In this document: positions 24,087 through 35,288 of the stretch, piece after piece
Numbering within the stretch: position 1 is the stretch's first letter
Layout of the letters: each line of letters begins with the position of its first letter
From: Octopus sinensis
Lineage: Eukaryota
Reading direction: 5' to 3'
NCBI RefSeq assembly: GCF_006345805.1
Contig: NW_021835767.1
Span: 1-38,778, forward strand
DNA: 38,778 nt
Translations under genes and position numbers: made by a program
The notes under the pieces: generated by a model
Told to the model about the DNA's origin: nothing
Databases searched by the model: none
Seen by the model: the letters and a program-made list of their open reading frames with translations, nothing else

Positions 24087-24206
24087 TCTACACATAGAAC
24101 AGATGAAACAATTAGACAAATTACAGAAGCTACACATATAATAGAAAATAAACCTAGCCTGAATAGAAAACTAGAATGGAGCAATAGCACACACCACAAC
24201 ATATGA
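24087..24206 (+). pseudogene. C-terminal fragment of a Penelope GIY-YIG endonuclease domain
   Basis: TIRQITEATHIIENKPSLNRKLEW fits the R.I.EA..I....P.LN...E motif carrying the catalytic Glu and conserved Asn, followed shortly by a stop. Confidence 0.8.
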
Positions 24207-24302
24207 CGATAGAGGATCCCGAAAACATAATAAATACACAGATAACTAAACAAATAGAAAGGAATAACTATATATATGTATATATATCTATGTATGTATA
24301 TG

Positions 24303-24342
<40 letters not shown>

Positions 24343-24611
24343 GTTTATATATATGTGTATATTATATATATATATATATCTATATATATATATGTATATG
24401 TGTATATATATATATTAACAAAAACAAAATACAAATTACATGAATGTATATAAACAGAAGATACAAATATTACAGGCATCCCCCACACACACACTAAATA
24501 AACATAGACGCACATAGAGATATAAGCATGCGCAAATGAAGACATACAATAGAAATACAAAATGGCTGACGGTTAGTAAGGAGAGACACAAATAAGTGAG
24601 AAGAAAACAAA

Positions 24612-24656
24612 GGACCACTGATGCGGTCACAGGAGTGTGACGAAAGAACTCTGGCC
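24612..24656 (+). ncRNA. Minimal type I hammerhead-like ribozyme with variant core
   Basis: GGACCA CUGAUGC G GUCAC AGGAGU GUGAC GAAAG AA CUC UGGCC: 5-bp helix II, 2-bp helix III, CUC triplet, helix I CCA/UGG extended by GG/CC over a bulge; A9 is C. Confidence 0.65.
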
Positions 24657-24937
24657 GAAATAAGATTAAGATTAATGTAAAAAATAAATATCACTGAAGC
24701 AAAATAACACAAAATATATAGTGCGTGTGTTTTTATTGGCTAAACTGGCAATATGACCATTCCAAAATATAACAATATATATATACTGATTTTCGTAGTG
24801 CTTCTAAACGATGCAAATGATGATGGGGATGATATTGATGAAGATGGTGCTTATGATGATGACGACGACGACGATGACGATAATGGTTACGGTAGTGAAT
24901 TCATTGTGTGCAGTTCATTGTCATTAATACAGATTCA

Positions 24938-25091
24938 GTAGTAGTAGTAGTAGTAGTAGCAGCAGCCTGAGCAGTAGTAATAATAGTACTATTATTATTA
25001 TTATTATTATTATTATTAGTAGTAGTAGTAGTAGTAGTAACAGTAGTAGTAGTAGTATTAGTAATTGTTGTAGTATTAGTAGTAGTAAGTT

Positions 25092-25154
<63 letters not shown>

Positions 25155-25155
25155 A
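24938..25155. repeat. Compound (TAG)n/(CAG)n/(TAT)n tract
   Basis: Read directly. Confidence 0.95.
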
Positions 25156-25433
25156 TGGTAGCAGTGCTGGTTGTTGTCAAATAAGTTGTCCAATGTTAGC
25201 AAGATAAACAATGAGTCAGTCTCTACGTGGTAACATGTTTTGTTAGAAATTGCAGTTTAATCCCCGTCGGACAACTCCATTCCCCCTGTATATAAAACAA
25301 GATAAATTAAATGATAGGGTATTACATGCAATATAGATAACTAAAATCGGTAAGATGATCACGGCTGGAATATCCTGCATCAAAGATCCCCGAAATCATG
25401 GCTAACAGTAATACGAACAAGTCCAACATTAAT

Positions 25434-25630
25434 ATCAATTTCAAATTATAATACAAGGCCAGCAATTTCCTGGGACGAGCAGTCGACTACATCGACGGCT
25501 TATTTTATCGATCCTATAAAGATGAAAGGCAAAGTTGACCGCAGTGGATGTTGACCTCGGAACGTAAAGACAGATGAAATGCCACTTCGCATTTTACCCA
25601 ACGTCCTAACGTTTCTGCCAGGTCACCGCC
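25434..25630 (-). mobile_element. SINE family B, diverged monomer
   Basis: GATGAAAGGCAAAGTTGACC core and CTAACGTTTCTGCCAG.TCACCGCC head. Confidence 0.8.
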
Positions 25631-25916
25631 GTCAGCTCAACGTGCGCGCCGACATAAGGATTCACAACATCACTATCAACTCAGAAACAATAACAGTAAC
25701 TATAACACTATCTACAAAGCCAATATACTGGCACTCCGTCGAGGAGTTCCAGTAATCCGATCAGTAGAACAGCTTGTTCGTGAAATTAACTATAATTCCG
25801 CCTCTAGATGGTGTGCCAAAACTAGCAAATAGCGATCAAGACTAGCTCCATATGAGACGGGGAGATAATCTCAAAAAATCAAGAGTTCTCCGAAGTTGAC
25901 ATGCCTTTAAGAAAAT

Positions 25917-26491
25917 GTATAAACCTGTATATATGCATGTATGTATGTATGTATGTATGTATGTACATGTGCATATTTCTATGTTTTGTTTTATGTATGT
26001 GTTCTCATGCATGTACTTGCATATCTAGATATGCTCATATATATAATTAAATGATAAGCTTCTGGAAAGTTTTACAAATTTTTACAGTTCCAGTGATGGC
26101 TTGGATCTTCGAACCAGCTTTTTCCTTTCTGGTTTTGAGAAGCTTAATTTCTCAAGATTGGTATTTAGGCAATATATTACATATCTCAGCACCCCTATAA
26201 TTACCAGTATAAACCTGAATTTATGTATGTATGCATTTATGTATGTATGTATGTATGTATGTATGTATGTATGTATGTATGTATGTATGTATGTATGTAG
26301 TGTGCAGATTTGTTTTATGTATGTATTCTCATACATATAGTTGCGTGTCTGGACATGCTCATATGTACTTAAATGATAAACTTCTGGTAAGTTTCACAAA
26401 GTTTTACAGTTCTAGTAATGGACTGGATCTGTAGTCTTCGAATCAGCTTTTTCGTTTCTGGTTTTGAGAAGTGTAGTTTCTCAAGATTGGT
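25917..26491. repeat. Tandem duplication, ~290-bp period (25917-26161 / 26207-26491)
   Basis: Both units run GTATAAACCTG, (TATG)n, ATGCTCATAT, TAAATGATAA.CTTCTGG.AAGTTT, TTTCTGGTTTTGAGAAG, TTTCTCAAGATTGG. Confidence 0.88.
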
Positions 26492-26493
26492 TT

Positions 26494-26746
26494 GTATGTA
26501 TGTATGTATGTATGTATGTATGTATGTATGTATGTATGTATGTATGTATGTATGTTGTATGTATGTATGTATGCATTTATGTATGTATGTATGTATGTAT
26601 GCATTTATGTATGTATGTATGTATGTATGTATGTATGTATGTACGTATGGATGTATGTATGTATGTATGTATATGTATGGATGGATGGATGGATGGATGG
26701 ATGGATGGATGGATGGACGGATGGATGGATGGATGGGTAGGTGGAT
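26494..26746. repeat. (TATG)n grading into (GATG)n
   Basis: Read directly. Confidence 0.97.
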
Positions 26747-27227
26747 GCTTGTATGCATATGCGTAATAAAATTTACCAATAGCTCCTCTTTCGTAATTTC
26801 GATCACACAGGATCTCTCCTGTCAGCCACAGCAATAAAACTAACCATGTACGGTTACAGAAATTGCTTTAAGTAAACAACAAGGACAATAGCTGAATCAA
26901 CGATACAATTAACGGCGAAAGCAAAAACAATACCAAAGAGTATAACTTCTATTTGGTCTCTAACTTTTGAACTTAACCTTTCAGTTGACCTTCATAATGC
27001 AAGCAATCGAAGTCAACTATCATGATTTGTGAATTCCGAAATGCTCTGTAACGAAATATAATACCACACAAGTGTTAGTGATGGTGTAGTACGATGACGA
27101 ATGGTCAAAATCATTAGAATGTCGAAGGAAATGCTTTGCGTGTCCTCAGTTCTCGATCTCTGCGTTTGAGTTCAGATCTCGAGGGATTGATATGTAAGTG
27201 CCAGTTAAGTATGGGAATGGATTCTTT

Positions 27228-27267
<40 letters not shown>

Positions 27268-27275
27268 TCTATCTA

Positions 27276-27315
<40 letters not shown>

Positions 27316-27434
27316 AGATAGCACGATAGATATACACATATATGTATATGTGTGTGTATGTGTGTGTGTATGTGTATTTATATATGCATACATATGTAAT
27401 TATATATGTATGTATGTATATAAATATATATGTA

Positions 27435-27490
<56 letters not shown>

Positions 27491-27522
27491 CATATACTAT
27501 ATATATATATATATATGTATAT

Positions 27523-27565
<43 letters not shown>

Positions 27566-27626
27566 ATACATATACATATACATATACATTATATATATAT
27601 ATATAATTATATATATACATATACAT

Positions 27627-27689
<63 letters not shown>

Positions 27690-27702
27690 ATTATATATAT
27701 AA

Positions 27703-28800
27703 TTGTAGTCGAAGGAGTCAAATCCAGCCCGGCCAAAGTGTCCCACAAGGCACTGTGTTGGGCCCACTTCTCTTCATCATCTACATAATGATATTACTGA
27801 CACCATCAAACACAGTAACATCAGAACTTCGCTGATGATTCCAAGCTCCAGAAGGTCATCAATGGCGTGGATGACCGAATAAGCCTTCAGTCAGACCTAC
27901 TGGCTGTTGTCCAATGGGCAGAAAAGAATAACATGTTGCTAAACGAAGACAAATTCGAACTGATCCACTTTGGAAGGGAGGACGCTCTGAAACTCCCATA
28001 CTCCCTTCCTTCTGGAGAAATTCTCATGGCGTCCAACAACATCAGAGACTTGGGAGTAACAGTGGACAACAACATAAGCTGGGCTACACATATAAGCAGC
28101 AAAGTTGACATGGCCCGCAGAATGTGTTCCTGGATTCTCAGAACCTTCCAGTCGAGAGATTCCCACACTATTATCCTTCTCTTCTCCACTTTTGCCCGAC
28201 CCCACCTTGAATACTGCTGTCCACTGTGGTCTCCCTACACAAAACAAAATATTATGAGAATTGAAGCTCCCCAAAGGTCAATCACAAAAAAGATAGATGG
28301 CATGTCAGACCTTGACTACTGGGGTAGACTAGAGAAGCTGAAACTGTATTCACTCAAACGACGCCGTGAACGCTACATTATCTGTATGATGTGGAAAATA
28401 TTCCATCAGCACTGTCCGAATGATGTTGGCATCACCTTCAAAATACATCCAAGGCTTGGACCACGTTCCATCCGTCCACAACAAAAATCTAAATCGCATC
28501 ACATAACGACAATACGGCACAACTATTTCACCTCAATTGGACCCGCTCTCTTCAACATTACACCAGGACACGTCAAAAAAGAAACGACCACACAAAATTC
28601 AAGAAGTCTTTGGACAAATTCCTTCAAACAGTCCTGGACAAACCACCCACACCCGGATATGTCTCCGCAAACAATAACTCTCTGCTCGAATGGGCCTCGG
28701 TGCCCAAATCCTGAATTGAAAGACTTCGCCAGGTGGTGCTATTAAGTTAGACATGGCCTGGGCCAATACTGGCCAAAACCTTTCTAAGTTATTCTAAGTT
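27703..28800 (+). mobile_element. CR1/L2-group LINE, 5'-truncated (copy 2)
   Basis: [50 protein letters not shown]; conserved 3' UTR; tail TTCTAAGTT twice. Confidence 0.96.
27867..28745 (+). pseudogene. LINE ORF2 reverse transcriptase, C-terminal part (frameshifted)
   Basis: 292-aa open stretch covering the region after FADD. The natural end (KFKKSLDKFLQTV...NNNSLLEWA, stop at ~28713) lies in another frame after ~28590. Confidence 0.9.
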
Positions 28801-28830
28801 AATTATATATATAAATATATATATATATAT

Positions 28831-29056
28831 AACGGGAAAGTTTACGAAAATAAACAAAAGACGAAGGCAGGTGGAGTACAAACAAACAAATGTATTAGTA
28901 TAGCACTCAGGAATAGAACTAGAAAAAGTCTTTTACGTTTCGAGCCTACGCTCTTCGACAGAAAGACACACAGAAAAAAACAAGGAGAGAAACAAGGAGA
29001 GAAAAAAAAGGAGAGAAAAAAATGCGTGTAGGAGCGAACGATCTATCATGGCGTCC
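28831..29056 (-). mobile_element. Probable Penelope-like terminal repeat fragment (related to, but distinct from, 18863-19065)
   Basis: Starts at (TA)n; shares TATT...CTCAGGAA...ACGTTTCGAGC..GCTCTTCG with 18863-19065; carries a hammerhead fold. Confidence 0.6.
28928..28967 (-). ncRNA. Minimal type I hammerhead-like ribozyme with variant core
   Basis: RNA: GUCUUU CUGUCGA A GAGC GUAG GCUC GAAAC GUA AAAGAC: perfect 6-bp helix I, 4-bp helix II, palindromic ACGU in place of helix III, GUA triplet; A6 is U. Confidence 0.7.
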
Positions 29057-29186
29057 TGACTTCTAGAGAAAAAACACTATTATGCAATTCAAACAATGAT
29101 AAACGGAAAATCATACCATATAAAAAAAAATAAAATATATGATACGACAGTTATCTAGGTCACAATAAAGTAAATAATAATAAATA

Positions 29187-29699
29187 AACAGTATATAATT
29201 AGTAACTAGACTACGTACGCGTCGTGGCTATATTCTCAATTCAATTTTAAAATATATTTTAATTAGTTGGACTCATATTTTTCCAGTAAAGATTTACTAT
29301 AGTTTGTTTAGATTATTCTCAAAGTTAAAATATATCTTCACAGATAAAATACATATTTCTATCTGTTTTCTGTATTTTTTTTTTGTTAGATTTTTTACGT
29401 GAAAAATGTATTATAAACACTTGGTCCTACTTTTTAAGTTTAAAATTTAGTTAACGGAATCTCTTCTATTAGAAGAATCATGTTTTTATTTCTTGAAGAA
29501 ATATTATTTAGTTCTGTTTGATTATTTATTAAAAACATGTATTTATTTAACTATTATTGTTACTTTTGTTGATCTGAGGAGTGATTATATTTTAAAATTG
29601 AATTGCTTTTGGGTCGATTAATTGTAATTGTAATTTAATTGTAATTCGAATTGGAGATATAGCCACGAAACGTACGTAGTCTATTTACTAATATATACT

Positions 29700-29702
<3 letters not shown>
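29187..29702. mobile_element. MITE with ~55-bp TIRs and a probable TA TSD
   Basis: AACAGTATATAATTAGTAACTAGACTACGTACGCGTCGTGGCTATATTCTCAATTC versus GAATTGGAGATATAGCCACGAAACGTACGTAGTCTATTTACTAATATATACTGTT; AT-rich non-coding interior; TA on both sides. Confidence 0.85.
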
Positions 29703-29761
<59 letters not shown>

Positions 29762-29825
29762 GTTAATCCAAACAAGAAAACACAAAAAAATCACAGCAAC
29801 GCGAGGACGTGGAACAAATAAAGTA
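29762..29825 (-). mobile_element. Short terminal piece of the 18863-19065 repeat within (TA)n
   Basis: GTTAATCCAAA...CAC...GCGAGGACG.GGAA.AA shared with 18863-18920. Confidence 0.75.
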
Positions 29826-29850
29826 TATATATATATATATATATATATAA

Positions 29851-30015
29851 TACAATGGGATTCATTCAGTTTCGCCTAGCGTATCCACCCACAAGGCTTT
29901 GGTCGGCCCGAGGTTGTAGTAGAAGACACTTGTCCAAGGTGCCACGCCGATGGACTGAACCCGGATCCATGTAGTTGGGAAGCAAGCTTCTTACCACACA
30001 CCCACTCCTACACCT
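29851..30015 (-). mobile_element. SINE family A, 5' half
   Basis: Matches ~18130-18297; ends at the position of the internal microsatellite. Confidence 0.88.
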
Positions 30016-30380
30016 AAACAGAGTTTGTCTTCGGCACAGAACCGGCCGATTGATTATGAAAATATTCTTGATATAATAGATGCCTATAATTAATGTTCAA
30101 TATGCAAACGTCAGAAATGTGAATCTGAGGACTTGACATTCTAACGTTCTGGCAGTGAAAATCTACAGGAAAATTCTGTCTAATCCACTATGAGGCGAAC
30201 AGCACGCCACAGCCTTAAGATGTATCTGGGACAACCTGCAAAATTGATGAATGTGAATTTGGAAATATTATTGCACCAACCGAAATAATTGTGGTCTGAT
30301 TTGGAGATATGAAAGATAACAATTTAATGAACAGATTAAATTAGAAAATAGTAGAGATGCAATATATATACCTCTATAGA

Positions 30381-30658
30381 TCTTTACTTATTTCAGTCAT
30401 TTGACTGTGGCCATGCTGGAGCCTGCCTCAAAGGGTTTTAGTTGAAGAAATCGACCCCAGGATTTATTCTTTGTATGACTACTAATTACTCTATCGGGCG
30501 CTTTTTGCGGAATCGCTAATTTACAGAGACGTAAACACACCAACATCGGATTTCAAGCGATGGTGGGGCGACAAGCACAAACAGACACACAAATAAACAC
30601 ACTAACACACACAAACAAACACACACACACCACACACACACCACACACACACACACAC

Positions 30659-30689
<31 letters not shown>

Positions 30690-30852
30690 CGATGGGCTTC
30701 ATCCAGTTTCCATCTACTAAATCTTCTCACAAGGCTTTGGTCAGCTCCAGGCTATGGTAGAAGACACTTGCACAAGTTGTCACACAGTGTAACTGAACGC
30801 GGAACCATGTAGTTGGGAATCAAGCTTCTCTTCTCACAGGCACGTCTGCGCG
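30381..30852 (-). mobile_element. SINE family A, full length, diverged
   Basis: Colinear with 17884-18297, with an expanded internal (CA)n(TA)n. Confidence 0.9.
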
Positions 30853-30874
30853 TATATGTTTTATATATATACAA

Positions 30875-30918
<44 letters not shown>

Positions 30919-30930
30919 TATATATATATA

Positions 30931-30978
<48 letters not shown>

Positions 30979-31696
30979 ATAATATATATACATATATATA
31001 TATATATACATATATATGTATATATATATATATACTGTTATATATTTATTTTCACTGTTTATATATATATTTTTTACTGTATATGTTTGTACTGTCGTTA
31101 CCGTCTTGCTTTTTTTTACCCCTCTGCGAAAAGATCTCAGAATTTTAATTGATTTGCTTTTCGCGGGAGGAATTTTTCTTCGAAGTATACGTCTCGCTTT
31201 TATCCTTCGAAACGTTTAGTAGATGAAATCTTAGCGACTGAAGAAGGGGATTTTTCGTTGTGCTTATTGTCCTGTATCTCTCCCTTTTTTTTGCTTGTCT
31301 TGTTCCTTGGTTTGTGTCTATGTGTTTCGTCTCTCTATGTGTTGGACGTCTTTTTGGTGTCCTGTACACATATATGCGTGTATATGTACATGTAGAGGTA
31401 GGTACGTACATATATGTTTATATATATGCATATATTCTATTTTATTAACATATATATATATATATGTATGTATGTATAATATATGTATATTTACATATAT
31501 ACACATATGTATGTATATATATATATACACGTCTACACATATAAATATATATACATATACACATATGTGTATAATATATATATAGTTTTTTTTTAAATAT
31601 GCTAGGCCACTGGTTTTAATTGATTAATATCAATTCTACCTTATTTAATTTTATCTATATATCTATCTATATGTATATATATATACATTATATATA

Positions 31697-31749
<53 letters not shown>

Positions 31750-32089
31750 ATATTATATATATATATATATATACTTTTATATATATCATATTCATATATA
31801 CACACGTAAACATACATCTGTGTTAATATACATGCACATATATATATATATATGTATCGCACACATATACATAATCTTGTGTGTGTGCGTATGTATGTAG
31901 ATATGCATAATAAATGTGCATATTTAAAACTATGCCTATCCATATATGAATACACATACACACACACACACGTATGGATGTATTTATGTACCTCTACTAA
32001 ATAGTGTTACTTTATGAGACAACACAATAAATCCCGCCCCACTCCCCATCCAATCTATTCCATCATACGTAACTTATCATTTGACCCTC

Positions 32090-33035
32090 CATCACTACCA
32101 CCACCACCACCACCACCACCACTACCACCTCCATCATCATCACCACCATCACCACCTCCACCACCTTCATTTCACAACTCATACCACGCCATATCCCTTC
32201 ATGTGCGTCTCACACCTTCACCTCTATACCGCCAACCGCCAACCCCCAGCCCACAACCCCCCTCACAACACTACGTTCCCACCACCGCCACCACCACCCC
32301 TATAGAAATCCGACACTCTCTTCCGGCTCAATTATGTCGCTATTATATAATTTGTATATAAGTTTTTCTAATTCTCTTTCTCACTCCGCCTCACCATCAC
32401 CCCACCACTGGTGCCCACACCACCACCATTGACACAATCGCCACCAATACCACTACCAGCGACACTGCCACCGTTTTATTCTATATCGTACCATACCATC
32501 TGATTCATAGACGACCAACATGGCGACCACATAAAATACCATCCCGGTCATCAGCATTTCCATAACCAGCATCAACATTAATGTAGTCAGTGCTACCGTC
32601 ACCATCTCGCCCTATGCTCAACCACCTTTAAGCTACTCTTATATCCATGACAATAGCATCAAAACTACTACCACCACCATCACCACCAACAACAATAACA
32701 ACACAATCATAACCACCACCACCACAATAACCAACACCACAATAACCTCTAGCACCACCGCAGTAACCAACATTACAATAACCACTAGTACCACGACAAT
32801 GATCACCACCACTACCACCACTACGACAAAAACCAATACCTCTACAGTAACGAGCACTAGTAGCACCACCACCACTACCTCTACCACAACCACCACAATA
32901 ACCAACACCACCAGCACAATAAACACCACCACCATCACCACCACCACAACAACAACAATAACGAACACCACGATAACCACTAGCACCACCGCAATAACCA
33001 CCACAATAAGCAATACCACTACATTAACGAGCATC
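32090..33035. repeat. Degenerate (ACC)/(ACA) low-complexity tracts
   Basis: Read directly; source of the poly-Thr, poly-Pro and poly-Val pseudo-ORFs. Confidence 0.85.
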
Positions 33036-33055
33036 ATCATTGGTATAAAAACTAA

Positions 33056-33378
33056 ACTGGCTCCTCGTCGGTTGCGACGGCGAGGGTTCTGCTAGATCTG
33101 ATGAACGGAACAGCCTGCAAATGAAATTAACGTGCAAGTGGCTGAGCACTCCACAGACCATTGTACCCTTAACGTAGTTCTCAGGGAGATTCAGCGTGAC
33201 ACAATGTGACAAGGCCGGTCCTTTGAAATACAAGAACTACACATGTTTTCCCGCTGAGTGGACTGGAGCAACGTGAAATAAAGCGTCTTGCCCAAGGCCA
33301 CAAGGCACACTGGTGGGAATCGAACTAACGACCTTATGATCGTGAGTCGAGTACTTTAATCACAAAGCCTCGAGCCTT
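33056..33378 (-). mobile_element. SINE family C
   Basis: Colinear with 5580-5896; minus-strand B box AGTTCGATTCCC. Confidence 0.9.
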
Positions 33379-33511
33379 TTACTAGTGTCACTAGTAACAT
33401 TGGTACAACTATAATAAACCACATTATTACCACTGCAGCACCACAGTTATCTCACAGCATTAGTTTACCTGCTGTTGTATGCGTCACCATCATCACCACC
33501 ACCACCACACC

Positions 33512-33542
<31 letters not shown>

Positions 33543-33680
33543 CTAAAACTATGACCTCTAGCGCTACGTAAACCACCATCGCCATCATCATCATGATCAT
33601 CATCATCATGATCATCATCATCACCTTCAGGATCAACACCATTAAATCACGGGGAAAATTATTTTCACAACAAAGAAAAT

Positions 33681-33711
<31 letters not shown>

Positions 33712-33747
33712 AATGCAGCTCTAAGACTCTCCGATTCACCATCAATT

Positions 33748-33787
<40 letters not shown>

Positions 33788-33792
<5 letters not shown>

Positions 33793-34009
33793 GTGTCTAT
33801 CTTTGTCTTTGTGTCTGTGCTAGCCTCCCCCCCCCATCGCTTGACAACCGATGCTGGTGTGTTTACGTCTCTGTAAATTAGCGGTTCGGCAAAAAGCGAT
33901 CGATAGAGTAATTAGTAGTCATACAGAGAATAAATCATGGGGTCGATTTCTTCGACTAAAACCCTTTGAGGCGGGCTACAGCATGGCCGCAGTCAAATGA
34001 CTGAAACAA
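33788..34009 (+). mobile_element. SINE family A, 3' half
   Basis: CATCGCTTGACAACCGATGCTGGTGTGTTTACGTC...CAGCATGGCCGCAGTCAAATGACTGAAACAA; begins at (TA)n. Confidence 0.9.
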
Positions 34010-35288
34010 CCTCACCACGATTAAGCCAGTGAGATAGCCACCCTCATTACTACGGCAATAGTACTACCAGAAACACCACCACCATCTCTTCTACTGTTAC
34101 CACCACCACTACGCTCAAAACCAACCCATCCCCCGTCCGTCCGCAAATAATACCCCTTTCATCATCATCATTTAACTAAGGTGAAAAACCACTTTCAAAA
34201 CTACAATGTCACTCACAATCTCCCCCACCATCATCATTATCATTAATCTCATCATCATCATTAATCTCAATACCATCATCACCATCACTACCACCACCAC
34301 TTAATACCATCAAAACTACCAGCGTTAAGCCACGACTTGAAATCCCTCTCAAAACCACAAAACCGCGGCAACCACCACCATCGCCACCATCACCTCAACA
34401 CGACAAAAAGAACAAAAACAAAGCCATTCTGAAAACTGCAACAATACCACGAAAACCCGTACCACCACCAGCGACACCACGACCAACACCAGAATCAGCA
34501 CTTCCATTACAATCATGACCACCATCACCGACACCACCATCACCGTCGTCATCACTATAACCTTCGCCTCCGTCACCATCACCGTCACCGCCATCACCTT
34601 TACCGTTAGCAGCATCGCCACACTGTCACCGCCAACACCACGATCAACAACACCTCTAGCACTATAATCACCATTTCCCTTCAAAACCGCTAAATTCCGG
34701 TCCAGAGACGAAAGTTTGCGCAAGTCGGCCGGCTATTGACAAAAGACATCAACTCCAATACATATTGAATTAGATTTGTTATACTCAATTTCCACACACA
34801 ATGGAATCTTCCGCTTCCGGAATAGACAAAGCTACCATAGAGATTGACCAATACGTCGAACAGCGTCGAGTAGGGATAACTTTCTACTTTCACTTTTTCT
34901 ACTTTCACTTTCGTTTTCTCCTTTTACTTTAATTACGTCATCATTTTCTTTCCCTTCTTCCTGTTTTTTCTTCGTCTTCTATGGCTGTCGTCTTTAGGTA
35001 TTTATTGCTATTTCTCTTATAAATGCTCATGTTATTGTAACTTTCGCTGCGGTTATTGACATCGTATTTTTTTCCTTTTCGTTGTGTATTTCTGGTAAAG
35101 TTGTTGTTGCTACTGTTCTTGTTGCAATTATTAAATGTTACTATTGCTATTATTGTTGTCGTTGTTGTTGAATTTCTTGTTATTGTTACGCATATTCTGA
35201 AGATAATAATACATTTTGCATTTCGTTCCTTTTGTTGCTGCAACTCTGCGGTCGAGCATATTTCTTTGACTTCCGCCTTATAACAAAA

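Larger units (their letters stand above)
23930..24778 (+). mobile_element. 5'-truncated Penelope-like retroelement with inverted pseudo-LTR
   Basis: GIY-YIG C-terminal peptide at 24087-24206, hammerhead fold at 24612-24656, and a near-identical ~105-bp inverted repeat 23977-24085 / 24674-24778; (TA)n at both ends. Confidence 0.85.

Noticed and set aside
30219-30298. KIDECEFG resembling the Merlin/IS1595 motif EIDESKFG
   Set aside because: Short match, no flanking transposase similarity, stops nearby.
32799-33095. Mucin-like Thr-rich ORF
   Set aside because: A degenerate ACC repeat running into a SINE; no splice or signal evidence.
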